In this document: positions 49,804 through 61,031 of the stretch, piece by piece
How positions within the stretch are numbered: the stretch's first letter is position 1
How the letters are laid out: the number at the start of each line of letters is the position of its first letter
NCBI GenBank assembly: GCA_028821125.1
Contig: JAPPHD010000071.1
Coordinates: forward strand, 3,837 to 67,836
Reading direction: 5' to 3'
DNA length: 64,000 nt
Source: Gammaproteobacteria bacterium
GTDB taxonomy: Bacteria; Pseudomonadota; Gammaproteobacteria; Pseudomonadales; Azotimanducaceae
Program-made: the position numbers and the translations under genes
Notes under the pieces: model-generated
Told to the model about the DNA's origin: nothing
Seen by the model: the letters and a program-made list of their open reading frames with translations, nothing else
The model's database searches: none

Positions 49804-51039
49804 ATGCAGGCCGAACGAGCAATGACCTCAGCCTTTCGACAGGAAATAGAGCGGATCGAGCAGAACGGCATCACCAAGGTGGCGTTCAGCCGCTTCGACG
49901 ATCCCAACGTCATTCCGCTTTGGTTCGGCGAAGGCGATACGGTCACCCGGGATTTCATCCGTGAAGCCGCCAAGGCCGCCCTGGACGACGGGCACACGTT
50001 CTACGTACACACCCGCGGCCTGCCCGAGTTGCGCAGCGCCGTGGCGCGCTATCTCGACGGGCTGTACGGGCTCGATATCCATCCCGACCGCATCACCGTG
50101 CCCGGGGCCGCCATGCTCGGCGTCACCATGGCCGCGCAGACGGCGCTCGGGCGCGGCGACCACGCGCTCGTCGTGAACCCGGCCTGGCCGAACATCGAGG
50201 CGGTCTTCCGGGTGACCGGCGCCGAAATCGGTCACGTCCGGCAACATCTCGGGCCCCGGGGCTGGCAACTCGACCTGGAAGAACTGTTCGCGGCGGCCAG
50301 GCCCAATACCCGAGCCGTCTATGTCAACTCGCCCTGCAACCCCACCGGCTGGGTGATGGCCCGGGAAGAGCAGCGCCGCCTGCTCGCGTTCTGCAGGGAA
50401 CGCAACATCCTGCTCATCAGCGACGAGGTCTACCACCGCACGGTTTTCGACACAAACTGCGCTCCATCCTTCCTTGAGGTGGCCGGCGAGAACGACCCCC
50501 TGGTGGTAGTCAACGGCTTCTCCAAGGCCTGGGCCATGACCGGCTGGCGCCTCGGCTGGATGGTCACGCCCCGGTCCTCGCGGGTGCCCTGGTCGGCGCT
50601 GTCGGAGTGCTTCAATACCGGGGCGACGGTATTCGCCCAGTACGGCGGCATCGCAGCGCTGGAGCGGGGCGAATGCGTGGTGCGGCAACTGCGCGAGCAA
50701 TACCGGGCCGGCCGCGCAATCGTCGATGCCGCGCTGGCCGGCCATGAACTCATACAGCACCACTCCCCGGACGGCGCCTTCTACGCGTTTCCCCGCATCC
50801 GGGGCCTCGAGGACAGCCTGGCCTTCGCCCAGGACCTGTTGAGGGAAGAGGATGTCGGCCTCGCCCCCGGCTATACCTTCGGCCCCGGGTTCGACAGCCA
50901 CGTACGGCTGTGTTTCGCCCGTTCCCACGAGAAGCTGATCGAGGGGCTGAAGCGGCTGGTCCGTTTCGTGGAGCGGCGTTTCGCGCATACGTCGCCCGGG
51001 GCGCGAACTCCGCCCGCGGCGCGGCGGGCCCGCGCATAG
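49804..51039 (+). CDS. Class I/II pyridoxal-phosphate-dependent aminotransferase (aspartate/aromatic-like)
   Basis: ORF 49804..51039. NSPCNPTGW and SKAWAMTGWRLGW (PLP lysine) motifs. Substrate cannot be assigned from sequence alone. Confidence 0.85.
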   Translation: MQAERAMTSAFRQEIERIEQNGITKVAFSRFDDPNVIPLWFGEGDTVTRDFIREAAKAALDDGHTFYVHTRGLPELRSAVARYLDGLYGLDIHPDRITVPGAAMLGVTMAAQTALGRGDHALVVNPAWPNIEAVFRVTGAEIGHVRQHLGPRGWQLDLEELFAAARPNTRAVYVNSPCNPTGWVMAREEQRRLLAFCRERNILLISDEVYHRTVFDTNCAPSFLEVAGENDPLVVVNGFSKAWAMTGWRLGWMVTPRSSRVPWSALSECFNTGATVFAQYGGIAALERGECVVRQLREQYRAGRAIVDAALAGHELIQHHSPDGAFYAFPRIRGLEDSLAFAQDLLREEDVGLAPGYTFGPGFDSHVRLCFARSHEKLIEGLKRLVRFVERRFAHTSPGARTPPAARRARA

Positions 51040-51073
51040 CGGCAGCGGCAAACCCGGCTACCCGCCGCTGCCG
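51040..51073. terminator. Stem-loop between convergent genes (possible bidirectional terminator)
   Basis: CGGCAGCGG (51040-48) pairs with CCGCTGCCG (51065-73), with a 16-nt loop. It fills the 41-nt gap between the aminotransferase and M28 peptidase stops. No U-tract. Confidence 0.3.
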
Positions 51074-51080
51074 GCCGGAA

Positions 51081-52862
51081 TCACTGCTCCCCCGCCAGGC
51101 TCTCGAAGGCTGCGGCCCGTGCCGCGGCGAACTCATCACCGGGCTTCCATGACTGCATTTCGTCGGCCTGGGCGATCAGCCAGGTGGCCAGCAGCCCGAA
51201 GCGCGTATCCGCCACCATGCCCTCGAATATCCAGTCGTCGGTCAGCTCGTCGCTCGGCTGGTGGTAGTTGTTGGCGGTGTATTCGTCGATCCGCTGCCGG
51301 CCCCAGCCCTCCGGCCTGCCGATGATCTCGACGCCGCCGTCCAGGTAGATGCCCGGCACGCCGATCCGGGCGAAGCTGAACTGGTCCGAGCGATAGTAGT
51401 AGCCCCGGTCGGGGAACTGGTCGCCTTTCAGGGTTCGGTCGAGGTAGCAGGCTACGTTGGCTGCGACTTCGTCCAGGGACGACTTGCCAAGCCCGACGAA
51501 GATCATGTCCCGCGCCTCGCCCCAGATGCTGGCGCCGTCGAAGTTCACGTTGGCGGAAATCCGGCCGGCGGGAAAGGTCGGGTGGCGGGCGTAGTAGCGC
51601 GAGCCGAGCAGCCCCTGCTCTTCCGCGCCGACCAGGGCGAAAACGACGGAGCGGCGCGGCGGTTCCGGCAGGGCGGCCAGCGCTTTCGCCAGCGAAAGCA
51701 CCTGCGCCACGCCGCTGGCGTTGTCCAGCGCGCCGTTGTAGATGGCGTCCTCGCCTTCGGCCGCATCGGCGGCCACACCGATGTGATCGTGATGCGCGGT
51801 GATCACCACCGCCTCGTGCCGGAGCGCCTCGTCGCCGCCCGGCAGCACGCCGATGACATTGGCGGAACCGACCCGGTTCAGCCGCGCGTTCAGCTCGAGG
51901 CCGGTGCGGACTCCCAGGGGCACGGGTGCGAAGTCGCGGCTCTGCGCCGTTTCCGTCAGTGCGTCCAGGTCGTGGCCGCTGGAAGCCAGGAGTTCGCTTG
52001 CCGCCGCTTCGGTAAGCCAGGCGGTGACTTCGAGACGCGGCTCGCCTTCGTCTGGAAGCTCAAACCTCGAACCCGCCAGGGACGTTTCGATAACCTGCCA
52101 GGGATAGCCGGCGGAAGCGTCGGTGTGAACGATGATCGCTGCCGCCGCGCCGAGCCGTGCGGCCATCTCGTACTTGTAGGTCCAGCGTCCGAAATAGAGC
52201 CGGCGCTCGCCTTCGAACAGGTCTTCATCCCAGTGGGGGTCGTTGTTCAGCATGACGAGTACCTTGCCCGCCATGTCCCGGCCCTTGTAGTCGTCCCAGT
52301 CGTACTCCAGCGCCTGGATGCCGTAGCCGACGAACACCAGTTCCGCATCGGCCAGCCTCGCACGGTCGCGCTGATTGGCGACGCTTGCCACGAACCCCGT
52401 GCGCGGCGCCGCGGAATACCCGCTCGAGAAGGACCAGGCCGCCGGCAACTCCGTTTCGACGCTGACCAGCTCGAAGGGCTGTTCATAACCCTCTGTTCCA
52501 CCCGGCTCGATACCGATTCCGGCCAGCCGCGCCGCGATCCATTGCCGTGCCTTCAGGTCTCCGGCACTGCCCGGGGCACGCCCTTCGTAGGCATCGCTCG
52601 CAATTTCGGCGACGACGGCGCGCATATCGTCCCCGACGATCGCCGGCGAGGCGCCATCCGCATGGGCCATGGCCGCGTGGATCGCCGCCGGGCCGCACTG
52701 TCTGGGTTTGCCGGCGAGATTGCCGTGGACGACGTGCGGATCGTCAGTGATCGGATCCGTTTCGAGTCCGCCGGCCCAGCGCCAGGCGACGACCGCAACC
52801 ATGGCGATGGAGCCGAGGACCCACAAGGTGATTTTCAGGGCTTTGGACATGATGACCCGCAA
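51081..52862 (-). CDS. Secreted or membrane-anchored M28 family aminopeptidase with a PA domain
   Basis: ORF 51081..52862. N-terminal hydrophobic anchor and M28 zinc-ligand region (..ITAHHDHIG.., ..GALDNASG.., ..VGAEEQGLLGS..). Confidence 0.82.
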   Translation of the reverse strand: MRVIMSKALKITLWVLGSIAMVAVVAWRWAGGLETDPITDDPHVVHGNLAGKPRQCGPAAIHAAMAHADGASPAIVGDDMRAVVAEIASDAYEGRAPGSAGDLKARQWIAARLAGIGIEPGGTEGYEQPFELVSVETELPAAWSFSSGYSAAPRTGFVASVANQRDRARLADAELVFVGYGIQALEYDWDDYKGRDMAGKVLVMLNNDPHWDEDLFEGERRLYFGRWTYKYEMAARLGAAAAIIVHTDASAGYPWQVIETSLAGSRFELPDEGEPRLEVTAWLTEAAASELLASSGHDLDALTETAQSRDFAPVPLGVRTGLELNARLNRVGSANVIGVLPGGDEALRHEAVVITAHHDHIGVAADAAEGEDAIYNGALDNASGVAQVLSLAKALAALPEPPRRSVVFALVGAEEQGLLGSRYYARHPTFPAGRISANVNFDGASIWGEARDMIFVGLGKSSLDEVAANVACYLDRTLKGDQFPDRGYYYRSDQFSFARIGVPGIYLDGGVEIIGRPEGWGRQRIDEYTANNYHQPSDELTDDWIFEGMVADTRFGLLATWLIAQADEMQSWKPGDEFAAARAAAFESLAGEQ

Positions 52863-52913
52863 ACTTGAAGCGATCGGTCAGTGTTCACCAAATCGAAACA
52901 AGTTCCAACTCAA

Positions 52914-54266
52914 TCACCCCGAATCTCCCGCGACCGTCATGGCCTCGACAAGTACGCTCGGCGCCCTGACGTTGCCGCGCACGTCCAGGTCGTCCCCGAC
53001 CGCGACGATGTTGCGATAAACGTCCTTCAGGTTTGCCGCGATGGTCAGCTCGTGCACGGGCCGGCCGATCTCGCCGTTTTCCACCCAGAAGCCGGAAGCG
53101 CCCCTGGAATAGTCGCCGCTGACCGCATTGACGCCCTGCCCCATCAGCTCGGTGACGTACAGTCCCCGGCCCATTTCCTTCAGCAACGCCTCGAACGTCA
53201 ACGTCTTGCCGGCCAGCGTCAGGTTGTGGACGCCGCCCGCATTGCCGGTGGTGGTCATGCCGAGCCGGCGGGACGAATAGGTGGAAAGGGCGTAGCTTTG
53301 CACGACACCGCCCTCCACGAACGCCTTTTCCCGGGTGGCCACGCCATCGGCATCGAAGCCGACGCTGCCGATGCCCTTGGGCAGCAGCGGCTGTTCGAAC
53401 AGGGAGACATGGCCGCTGGCCACCTGGGTGCCGAGGGAGTCGAGCAGGAACGATGCCTTGCGGTACAGGGCGCCGCCGCTGATGGCGCCGATCAGGTGTC
53501 CGGCCAGGGTGCCCGCCATTTGCGCTGAGAACAGTACCGGATACGTGCCCGTGGGCACCTTGCCGGGGGACAGGCGGGCTACCGTGCGCTCTGCCGCGCG
53601 CAGGCCGACGCGCTCCGGCTCCTCCAGCGCCTCGCGCTCGCGTGCGGTGGTGTACCAGTAGTCGCGCTGCATGCCGTTTTCGTCTTCGGCGATCAGCACG
53701 CAGCTCGTGCCGTAGCGGGTGGCCGCGTGGCCGCCGACGAAGCCGTGGGAGTTGCCGTACACCCGGCAGGCTTGCAGGGTGTTCACTTCGGCCCCGTCGG
53801 AGTTGACGATGCGGGGGTCGAAGGCCAGGCCCGCCGCTTCGCAAGACCTGGCCGTTTCCTCGGCGAGGCCCGGATCGAGCGGGGCCTGGTGAAACAGGTC
53901 GAGGTCCGGAATCACGCCGGGCATCAGCTCGGCGTCGGCCAGGCCGTTGCAGGGATCGTCGCGGGTGTGGCGGGCGATGTCCATGGCCTTGGCGACGGTT
54001 TCCCGAATGGCCGCCGCGCGGCTGTCAGACGTGCTGGCCGAACCCTTGCTACTGCCCGCATGGACCGTGATGCCGAAACCCCGGTCCTGGTTGTATTCCA
54101 CCTTTTCCAGGTCGCCCTTGCGCACCGTGACGCCGAGGCCGGCATCCTGGCTCGCCGATACCTCGGCCGCGCTCGCGCCCTGCCGTTCGGCCTCCGCCAG
54201 GATGTCCCTGACCAGGGCCTCGAGTTCGCCCTGGTGCTCCCGGATATCGATGCTGCTCAGCGCCAC
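52914..54266 (-). CDS. pmbA: Metalloprotease PmbA (TldE)
   Basis: 450 codons of ORF 52914..54578. GTG 54266 (VALSSIDIREHQGELEALV) lies 5 nt after the tldD stop. From memory, this is the same length as E. coli PmbA. Confidence 0.88.
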   Translation of the reverse strand: MALSSIDIREHQGELEALVRDILAEAERQGASAAEVSASQDAGLGVTVRKGDLEKVEYNQDRGFGITVHAGSSKGSASTSDSRAAAIRETVAKAMDIARHTRDDPCNGLADAELMPGVIPDLDLFHQAPLDPGLAEETARSCEAAGLAFDPRIVNSDGAEVNTLQACRVYGNSHGFVGGHAATRYGTSCVLIAEDENGMQRDYWYTTAREREALEEPERVGLRAAERTVARLSPGKVPTGTYPVLFSAQMAGTLAGHLIGAISGGALYRKASFLLDSLGTQVASGHVSLFEQPLLPKGIGSVGFDADGVATREKAFVEGGVVQSYALSTYSSRRLGMTTTGNAGGVHNLTLAGKTLTFEALLKEMGRGLYVTELMGQGVNAVSGDYSRGASGFWVENGEIGRPVHELTIAANLKDVYRNIVAVGDDLDVRGNVRAPSVLVEAMTVAGDSG

Positions 54267-54271
54267 CGCTC

Positions 54272-55711
54272 TCAGGCGCCGGTACCGCCGACCGTCAGCT
54301 CGTCCACCCTGAGAGTCGGCAGGCCAACGCCCACGGGCACCGTCTGGCCGTCCTTGCCGCAGGTGCCCACGCCGTCGTCGAGCTTCAGGTCGTTGCCCAC
54401 CATCGACACCCGGGTCATGACTTCGGGGCCGTTGCCGATCAGGGTGGCGCCGCGGATCGGCCGGGTCACCCTGCCCTTCTCGATGAGATAGGCCTCGGTG
54501 GCCGAGAAGGTGAACCGCCCCGAAGTGATGTCCACCTGGCCGCCGCCGAAATTGGCGGCAAAGACGCCTTTGTCGCAAGAGGCGATGACTTCCCCCGGAT
54601 CGTAGGCGCCGGGACGCATGAACGTATTGGTCATGCGCGGCATCGGCAGGTGGGCGTAGGACTGCCGGCGGCCGTTGCCGGTGGGCGCGGCGCCCATGAG
54701 CCGGGCATTGAGCTTGTCCTGCAGGTAGCCCTTGAGCACACCGTTCTCGATCAGTACCGTCTCGCCGGTCGGGGTGCCCTCGTCGTCGACGGTCAGCGAG
54801 CCGCGCCGGTCGCGCAGGGTGCCGTCGTCCACCACCGTGCAGGCCGGGGACGCTACCTGCTCGCCGATGCGTCCGGCGAAAGCGGAACTGCCCTTGCGGT
54901 TGAAGTCGCCTTCGAGCCCGTGGCCGACGGCCTCGTGGAGCAGCACGCCGGGCCAGCCGGGGCCGAGCACCACGGTCATGGGGCCGGCGGGCGCATCCCC
55001 CGCCTCCAGGTTCACCAAAGCGGTGCGCACGGCTTCCCGGGCAAGCTCATCGCCCCACTCGTGGGTGAAGATGCCCAGGTTTCGGCGTCCGCCGCCACCG
55101 GCGTATCCGCGTTCCCGGCGGCCGTCCTGCATCACGATCACCGAAACGTCCATGCGCACCAACGGCCGCACATCCGCACACAACGTGCCGTCTGTAGCCA
55201 TCACCAGCATGGTGTCGTGATCGGCCACCAGGCGCACCGTCACCTGCTCCACCCGGTTGTCGACCCGGCGGGCCGCGTTGTCCACGCGCTCGAGCAGAGC
55301 GACCTTGTTCTCCGCGGAGAGGGTCGGGATCGGGTCGACGGAGGCGTATCGCGGCTCCGCGGCAACCGGACGGGCAAGCCTGGCGCGGCCGTCTCCTCCC
55401 GTGCGGGCAATCGACCTCGCGGCATCCACCGCACTCTCAAGCCCGGTGCGGGTGATGTCTTCCACATAGGCAAAGCCGGATTTCTCCCCGCTCACGGCGC
55501 GCACGCCGAGGCCCCGGTCCAGCGAGAAACTGCCCTCCTTGACGATGCCGTCCTCCAGCGCCCAGCTTTCGGTTCTGCGGTGCTGGAAATAAACCTCGCC
55601 CATGTCGATGGCGCCGCCCGAGAGGGCGCCCAGCCGCGTCTCCGCGCCGGACAGGTCCAGTTCGGCCGGCTCCAGCAATACCCTGGCCGCACCCGCCACC
55701 CGCTCGTTCAA
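54272..55711 (-). CDS. tldD: Metalloprotease TldD
   Basis: ORF 54272..55711. [15 protein letters not shown] motif. Confidence 0.93.
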   Translation of the reverse strand: MNERVAGAARVLLEPAELDLSGAETRLGALSGGAIDMGEVYFQHRRTESWALEDGIVKEGSFSLDRGLGVRAVSGEKSGFAYVEDITRTGLESAVDAARSIARTGGDGRARLARPVAAEPRYASVDPIPTLSAENKVALLERVDNAARRVDNRVEQVTVRLVADHDTMLVMATDGTLCADVRPLVRMDVSVIVMQDGRRERGYAGGGGRRNLGIFTHEWGDELAREAVRTALVNLEAGDAPAGPMTVVLGPGWPGVLLHEAVGHGLEGDFNRKGSSAFAGRIGEQVASPACTVVDDGTLRDRRGSLTVDDEGTPTGETVLIENGVLKGYLQDKLNARLMGAAPTGNGRRQSYAHLPMPRMTNTFMRPGAYDPGEVIASCDKGVFAANFGGGQVDITSGRFTFSATEAYLIEKGRVTRPIRGATLIGNGPEVMTRVSMVGNDLKLDDGVGTCGKDGQTVPVGVGLPTLRVDELTVGGTGA

Positions 55712-58700
55712 CGTCCACCCTCCATCCGGGCCTCCTCAGGCAGGCCGGGCGTTTCCTTTTCTTGCGCCAGTTCGTCGAAGTCCTGCATGTCGTCGTTCCA
55801 GATGCCCACCAGCTTTACCTCCGGGTCTTCCCAGGGGCCGCTGATCTGGTACTTGGCGCTGCTCATCTGCTTGATCTGTTTTTTCAGCACCTGCTGGCCG
55901 GCCAGCACGGCGGCGGCCGCGACCGGATTGGCCAGCGAGATGTAGACCGCGTACCAGGGCAGGCTGTCGCTCACCGGCAGGGTCACGATCATTTCGTTGT
56001 CGTTCATGATGCCGTCCACCAGGTTGACGCTGCCGCCGAACTTGAAATCCGAACCGGAGCCCTTCACCTTGGCCGGCTCCACGAACGTCAGGAGCCCGTC
56101 GTCGAACCGGGTGTCGGCCTTGATGGTATCGAAGCTCGTGCCCTTGGCGGTAACGTCCTTGAAGTTGAGGCTCATGCGCTTGAAGACGGTGTTGATGTTC
56201 AGGAGCGCCATGATGCGCAGCGCGCCGCCGCCGGAAACCTCGACGAAACTGCCGTTTCTGGCACGGAACGAGACGTCGCCGCGCAGGCCGTTCACTTCCA
56301 CGTTCAGCGGCGAACCCGGCCAGCTCGCATCCACCTGGAGTTCCGCCGACTCCGCCTCCACGCTCGGCGCGTAGTCCCACTGCGGGAGGACCTCGGCGAG
56401 ATCGTCCATCGTCAGCCGGACGGCGCCCGAACTCCGGTCGGTGGCGGCGTTCCAGAACACACCTTCGGGTGCGCTGATCTCCGTGCCCTTGAGAACCGCA
56501 TGCAGGTCGCCCGCCAGCAACCCGTCGGGTTGACGGCGCAGCTTGAATGACCAGGCGCCGAAGTCCTCTTCGCCAATGGTCAGGGACTCGATGGTCACAT
56601 CCGCATCGGGCAGCTCGTCGATGATCGAGACATCGAGCGGGTCGCCCTCGCCGTCCGACTCCGGAAGACGGATCGTTTCGAAATCGAGAACGAGGGGTTC
56701 GTCCCCCGTACTGCGCAACCGCCCGGTGAGGTCGGTGGACGCGAACTCCAGCAGCATCGTGTCGCCCCGCGAACCGCCGGTGAGAACCACGTCTTCGAAT
56801 TCCTGGGTTTCAGCCCGCAAACGGTCGATGCGGATATCCGCAAGACGCCAGGGAACCGGAATCGGTGTCTCTCCGGCGCCCGCCATCCACTCGTTGACGT
56901 CCGCATCGACCAGCCGCCCGGAGACGACCACCTCGTCCGCGTCCGCACCGACCGGCGGCACGGCGCCGCGCACGCCGATGGCGCCCCTGAGCGGCACGTC
57001 GTCGACATGGAGCCAGCCGTCGAGGTTGCCGTGACGCAACCGAACGACCACGAATTCGTCGAGAAACTCCAGGTCGAGCCTGCTGGGGCTCGGGTCTTCC
57101 GCGGCCTTGGCGAACTCGCCCGGCAGGTCGATTTCGAGCCCCGCCAGGTCGCTGGTCACGGTCATCGTCGATGCGGAATCGTCCACGGCGAGGCTCAGGA
57201 TCGCATCGAAGGGAACCGCTCCCGCAGCCAGCCCGGGATCGCCCGTGTCGATGAGATGATAGACATCCGACTCCGATGCCGTGCCCCGGAAGCGGAGGTC
57301 GATGGAATCGTCGTCGGCGTCCGCGGCGATGCCGACCGGGCGGCCGAATATTTTCGCTTCGAGCGCATCGGCGACCAGGTAGTGGGGGCAGCCGTACCGG
57401 GCGGGGCCGTTCAGATGCTCGACCTCAAGACGATAGTCCGGCAGGACCAGGCCCGCATCGGCCAGATCGAACTCAAGCCGGCAATCGAGGTGCCGGTCGT
57501 CCGATTCATCGATGGGGATGAAGAGATCTCCGTTCAATTCGAGACGCCCCGAGCCGTCCCAGTCCGGGGCAACGAAGGTCATCCATTCCCTGAGCGGCGA
57601 GCCCCGGATGAAATCCAGGCCGTCGCCCACATCCACCTCTCCCCGCAGGGCCACTTCCGCAAAAGCGCCGGCATCGCCGATCCGCACCCTGCTGTCGCGG
57701 ATGCCGGCCGCGAGCGTTCGCGCCGAATCCACCGCAGCGAATGTCTCGGAGCCCGCCAGCTCGACGAATCCCTCGGCCTCGGACACCACCGGCCAGTCCG
57801 GGTGGTAACGCACCTCCCCGGCGCTGAGCCGGGCCTGAATCTCGAGCCGGCGGGAACGGTCGTCCGGCAGCGTGTGCACCTGGCCCTGGTAGGCAAGCTT
57901 CGGGCCGATGAGCCGGCCGCCCCGAGGGCCTTCGTGCAGCCATTGCCGCAAGCCTTCCGACAACCGGTACGGGATGTAGGTGCGCGCCTGCTCCACGTCC
58001 AGAACGTCACCGTCCATCAGCATCGCGACACGCTGATCGCCCCGCTCGACCGGCCGGGCCAGCGAGAAGGAACCGGAAAGACGGGTCCCCCGGGTCTCCG
58101 GGCGTGAATCCCTAGCCTCAAGGCGCGAATCCCTAGCTTCCAGGCGCGAATCCCTAGCCTCAAGGCGCGAATCCCTAGCCTCCAGGCGCATATAAGGCAC
58201 CCGCATGCCCACATAGCCGTCGCGGAACCAGGCATGCAGGTTGGCCTGCATGTTCTCCCAGCGCCACCGGTCCGTGAACACGTCCGCAATCCCGACCTGC
58301 AGGGCTTCGCTGTTCAGCGTCAAGAGCGCGCCATTCTCATAGCCGATGATCTCCCCAACCGCGTCCCGCACCCAGGGCACGCCCCGATACGAATCCACCT
58401 GCAACGCATCGAAAGTGGCGGCGTATCCCAACCCCTCGGAGCCGAACACCGCGTGGACGTTCAACAGGTCGCCGCCCGGCTTCAGTGCACCAAGCCAGTC
58501 GCGCACCGCCTCCACACCGCCGAGCGCCACGGTCAGGAAGCCCGCAAGTTCACCGAGCCGCAATCGGCCGACCCAGAACTCGGCACCGCCGGGAAGCGTT
58601 CGGAAATGAAGGGGGTCAAGCCGGATGCCCGTATCGGCGGCCCCCAGGGCCGTATCCACCAGCCTGCCCTCGCGGCGCCCGTCGATCAGTCCGCCCTGCA

Positions 58701-59523
58701 ACTCGGTCGACAGGGATCCGGATACACTCCCGGGCAGCCCCACCCGGTCGAATCGCACGCCGAACGCACCGCCGCCGGTGTCGCCCCGCTCCAGCCAGCG
58801 ACCTTGTGCGCTCAACTCAAGACCGGCATGAAGCCCCAGCCAGTCAACGAACGACCCCGGCAGGAACACGCCACCGGACAGCTCCAGGTACCGCTCTTCC
58901 GGCCGCCCGGCCCAGGCCGCATCCTGTGCCCGCCAGCGCGCCTCGAGGCGGCACGGCGCCGCACAATCCGGATTTCCCACCGAGAGGTCGTAGGCGTGGG
59001 CGCCATCCCGGTTCACGCCGCGAACCTCGATGGCCAGGTGTGCCTCCCGCTCTCCGGATACGTTCATGCGCCCGTTGAAACGAACCTCGTCGATATCGCG
59101 CAGCAGCCTCAACAGGTCAAGCCCGGATGCCGCCGCATCCATGCCGGCCAGGCGCCAGCCATCCGCCGTCCGTTCCACGGCGAGTTCCGAGGACTCGATG
59201 AGCAGCCGTTCCAGAACGGGGGCGTTGCGCCGCACGCTTTCGAGCACGTCCAGCTCCACCGTCACCCGCTCCGCCCAGCCGGCCGGCAACTCGATGCGGC
59301 GCACGCTGGCCACCGGATTGAGGCCGTCCCAGCCGCCTTCCAGGCCATCGAGCCGCGCATGGCCGTCGAGCCAGGCGTTCGCCGTGCCTTCAAGATCGTC
59401 GAGCAGCCACATGCCCAGGCGGCCGAGCCCCTGAAAGAGGGCCGAGACCACCAGCAGGAACACCAGGAAGGCGAAGGCCGGTCGAACGATCGGCCGGTAC
59501 CTCTCGCCGAACGCTCCTGCCAC
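55708..59523 (-). CDS. yhdP: AsmA-like / YhdP family large envelope protein
   Basis: ORF 55708..59523, 1271 aa. N-terminal TM anchor and C-terminal AsmA_2-like region (..[12 protein letters not shown]..). Position rng-yhdP-tldD as in E. coli. GTG start. Confidence 0.82.
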   Translation of the reverse strand: MAGAFGERYRPIVRPAFAFLVFLLVVSALFQGLGRLGMWLLDDLEGTANAWLDGHARLDGLEGGWDGLNPVASVRRIELPAGWAERVTVELDVLESVRRNAPVLERLLIESSELAVERTADGWRLAGMDAAASGLDLLRLLRDIDEVRFNGRMNVSGEREAHLAIEVRGVNRDGAHAYDLSVGNPDCAAPCRLEARWRAQDAAWAGRPEERYLELSGGVFLPGSFVDWLGLHAGLELSAQGRWLERGDTGGGAFGVRFDRVGLPGSVSGSLSTELQGGLIDGRREGRLVDTALGAADTGIRLDPLHFRTLPGGAEFWVGRLRLGELAGFLTVALGGVEAVRDWLGALKPGGDLLNVHAVFGSEGLGYAATFDALQVDSYRGVPWVRDAVGEIIGYENGALLTLNSEALQVGIADVFTDRWRWENMQANLHAWFRDGYVGMRVPYMRLEARDSRLEARDSRLEARDSRLEARDSRPETRGTRLSGSFSLARPVERGDQRVAMLMDGDVLDVEQARTYIPYRLSEGLRQWLHEGPRGGRLIGPKLAYQGQVHTLPDDRSRRLEIQARLSAGEVRYHPDWPVVSEAEGFVELAGSETFAAVDSARTLAAGIRDSRVRIGDAGAFAEVALRGEVDVGDGLDFIRGSPLREWMTFVAPDWDGSGRLELNGDLFIPIDESDDRHLDCRLEFDLADAGLVLPDYRLEVEHLNGPARYGCPHYLVADALEAKIFGRPVGIAADADDDSIDLRFRGTASESDVYHLIDTGDPGLAAGAVPFDAILSLAVDDSASTMTVTSDLAGLEIDLPGEFAKAAEDPSPSRLDLEFLDEFVVVRLRHGNLDGWLHVDDVPLRGAIGVRGAVPPVGADADEVVVSGRLVDADVNEWMAGAGETPIPVPWRLADIRIDRLRAETQEFEDVVLTGGSRGDTMLLEFASTDLTGRLRSTGDEPLVLDFETIRLPESDGEGDPLDVSIIDELPDADVTIESLTIGEEDFGAWSFKLRRQPDGLLAGDLHAVLKGTEISAPEGVFWNAATDRSSGAVRLTMDDLAEVLPQWDYAPSVEAESAELQVDASWPGSPLNVEVNGLRGDVSFRARNGSFVEVSGGGALRIMALLNINTVFKRMSLNFKDVTAKGTSFDTIKADTRFDDGLLTFVEPAKVKGSGSDFKFGGSVNLVDGIMNDNEMIVTLPVSDSLPWYAVYISLANPVAAAAVLAGQQVLKKQIKQMSSAKYQISGPWEDPEVKLVGIWNDDMQDFDELAQEKETPGLPEEARMEGGR
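58102..58190 (-). repeat. In-frame 21-bp tandem repeat (4.2 units) inside yhdP
   Basis: Units at 58102-22, 58123-43, 58144-64 and 58165-85 (GCGYGAATCCCTAGCYTCMAG). Encodes (RLEARDS)x4. Confidence 0.95.
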
Positions 59524-61025
59524 TAGCGCGACCTATTCAGGACAACGTCGAATTCCCCGGGGCCGTAGCTGGGCTCCATCTGTATGCGGATCTCCCGGCC
59601 GATCTGCCGGGAAAGGCTGGCCAGGTGGTCTGCGTCCTCATCGATCAGGCGGTCCACCACCCCCTGGGGGGCGCGAACCACGTAATCGCCCCGGGTTTCG
59701 GCGCAGTGAGGATCCGCCTCCTTGAGAATCGCCCGGAACACCTCGATACAGGTGCTCTCGTCGGTCTTGGTGATTCCGGTTCCACGGCAGACCCCGCAGG
59801 GTTCGCACACCTGTTGCGCAAGGCTGCCCCGGGTTCTCTTGCGGCTCATCTGCACGAGGCCGAGCGATGAGAACCCTTCGATGCACACACGGGCGGAATC
59901 TTTTTCGCACGCCTTCTCCAGAACCCGGAGGATGTGCCGCTGATGCTCTTCGTCGTGCATGTCGATGAAGTCGATGACGATGATGCCGCCGAGATTGCGC
60001 AGCCTGAGCTGCCTGGGAATCGCCCTGGCCGCCTCCAGGTTGGTGCGATAGGCGGTTTCCTCCAGACTGTAACCGCCGAGATAGCTGCCTGTGTTCACAT
60101 CGACGGTCGTCATCGCTTCGGTCTGCTCGATGACGAGATAGCCGCCGCACTTCATCTCCACCTTCGGCTGCAGGGCCCGGGCAACCTCGTCGTCCACTCC
60201 GAAGTGTTCGAACAGCGGCGCCTCGCCGGTGTACGCTTCGATGCGCCCGGCCAGCTCCGGCAGGTGCCGGTCGACGAACCCTTCGACCCGTTGGCGGGTG
60301 CGCTCGTCATCGATGACGATCCTCTCCACCCCCGGCTCCGACAGGTCGCGAACGATGCGCGCCTGCAGGGGCATTTCGAGGTGCACGGGAGCCGGGCAGG
60401 CAGATTGGGCCCGGGTTTCGAGTACCGAATCCCAGGTGGCGAGCAGCCGGTCGATATCCGCCTCGAGCGTGGCCGGGTCCACCGCTTCGCCGGCCGTGCG
60501 CGCGATGAACCCCATGTCCACGCCGCGCCGGCTCCTGATTTCTTCGATAACCCCGGTCAGCCTTGCCCGCTCTTCCTCGGCCTCGATGCGCTGCGATATG
60601 CCGATGTGGCCGCTGAACGGCATCAACACCACGTACCGGGATGCCAGCGTGAGCTGGGTGGAGAGCCTCGCTCCCTTGCTGGATATGGGATCCTTGACGA
60701 TCTGCACGAGCAGGCTCTGGCCCGCCGCGGCCAGGTCGCGGATGTCGGGGAGGGCCTCTTCCCCGCCGTTACCCGCGGCAGCCTCGCGCCTGCGCATGTC
60801 CCGCGCGTGCAGGAAGCCGGGCCGCTCCAGGCCGATGTCGACGAAGGCCGCCTGCATGCCGGGCACCACACGCTGCACCCTGCCGAGATAGATATTGCCG
60901 GTGAGGCTGTATCCGTGGGAGCGGGCAATGTGCAGTTCCTGAAGGGCGCCGCCGCACATGAGCGCCGCCCGAGTCTCGAACTCGTTGACGTTGATCAGCA
61001 GCTCATCCGTCATCGTGGCAACCAT
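59523..61025 (-). CDS. rng: Ribonuclease G (CafA)
   Basis: ORF 59523..61025. S1 domain GNIYLGRVQRVVPGMQAAFVDIG and RNase E/G catalytic domain. ATG 61013 (MTDELLINV) is an equally plausible start. Confidence 0.93.
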   Translation of the reverse strand: MVATMTDELLINVNEFETRAALMCGGALQELHIARSHGYSLTGNIYLGRVQRVVPGMQAAFVDIGLERPGFLHARDMRRREAAAGNGGEEALPDIRDLAAAGQSLLVQIVKDPISSKGARLSTQLTLASRYVVLMPFSGHIGISQRIEAEEERARLTGVIEEIRSRRGVDMGFIARTAGEAVDPATLEADIDRLLATWDSVLETRAQSACPAPVHLEMPLQARIVRDLSEPGVERIVIDDERTRQRVEGFVDRHLPELAGRIEAYTGEAPLFEHFGVDDEVARALQPKVEMKCGGYLVIEQTEAMTTVDVNTGSYLGGYSLEETAYRTNLEAARAIPRQLRLRNLGGIIVIDFIDMHDEEHQRHILRVLEKACEKDSARVCIEGFSSLGLVQMSRKRTRGSLAQQVCEPCGVCRGTGITKTDESTCIEVFRAILKEADPHCAETRGDYVVRAPQGVVDRLIDEDADHLASLSRQIGREIRIQMEPSYGPGEFDVVLNRSR

Positions 61026-61031
61026 TGTAGG

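Noticed and set aside
49686-49997. 103-aa minus-strand ORF upstream of, and overlapping, the aminotransferase gene
   Set aside because: It overlaps the 5' end of a well-supported plus-strand CDS. It has no recognisable motifs or RBS and an atypical composition.
48507-52913. The qor-aminotransferase-M28 peptidase segment as a possible accessory or horizontally acquired island between mgtE and pmbA
   Set aside because: Base composition and codon style look the same as the flanks by eye. There are no mobility genes, tRNA, direct repeats or family A-D elements at its borders. The genes are ordinary metabolic and housekeeping types.
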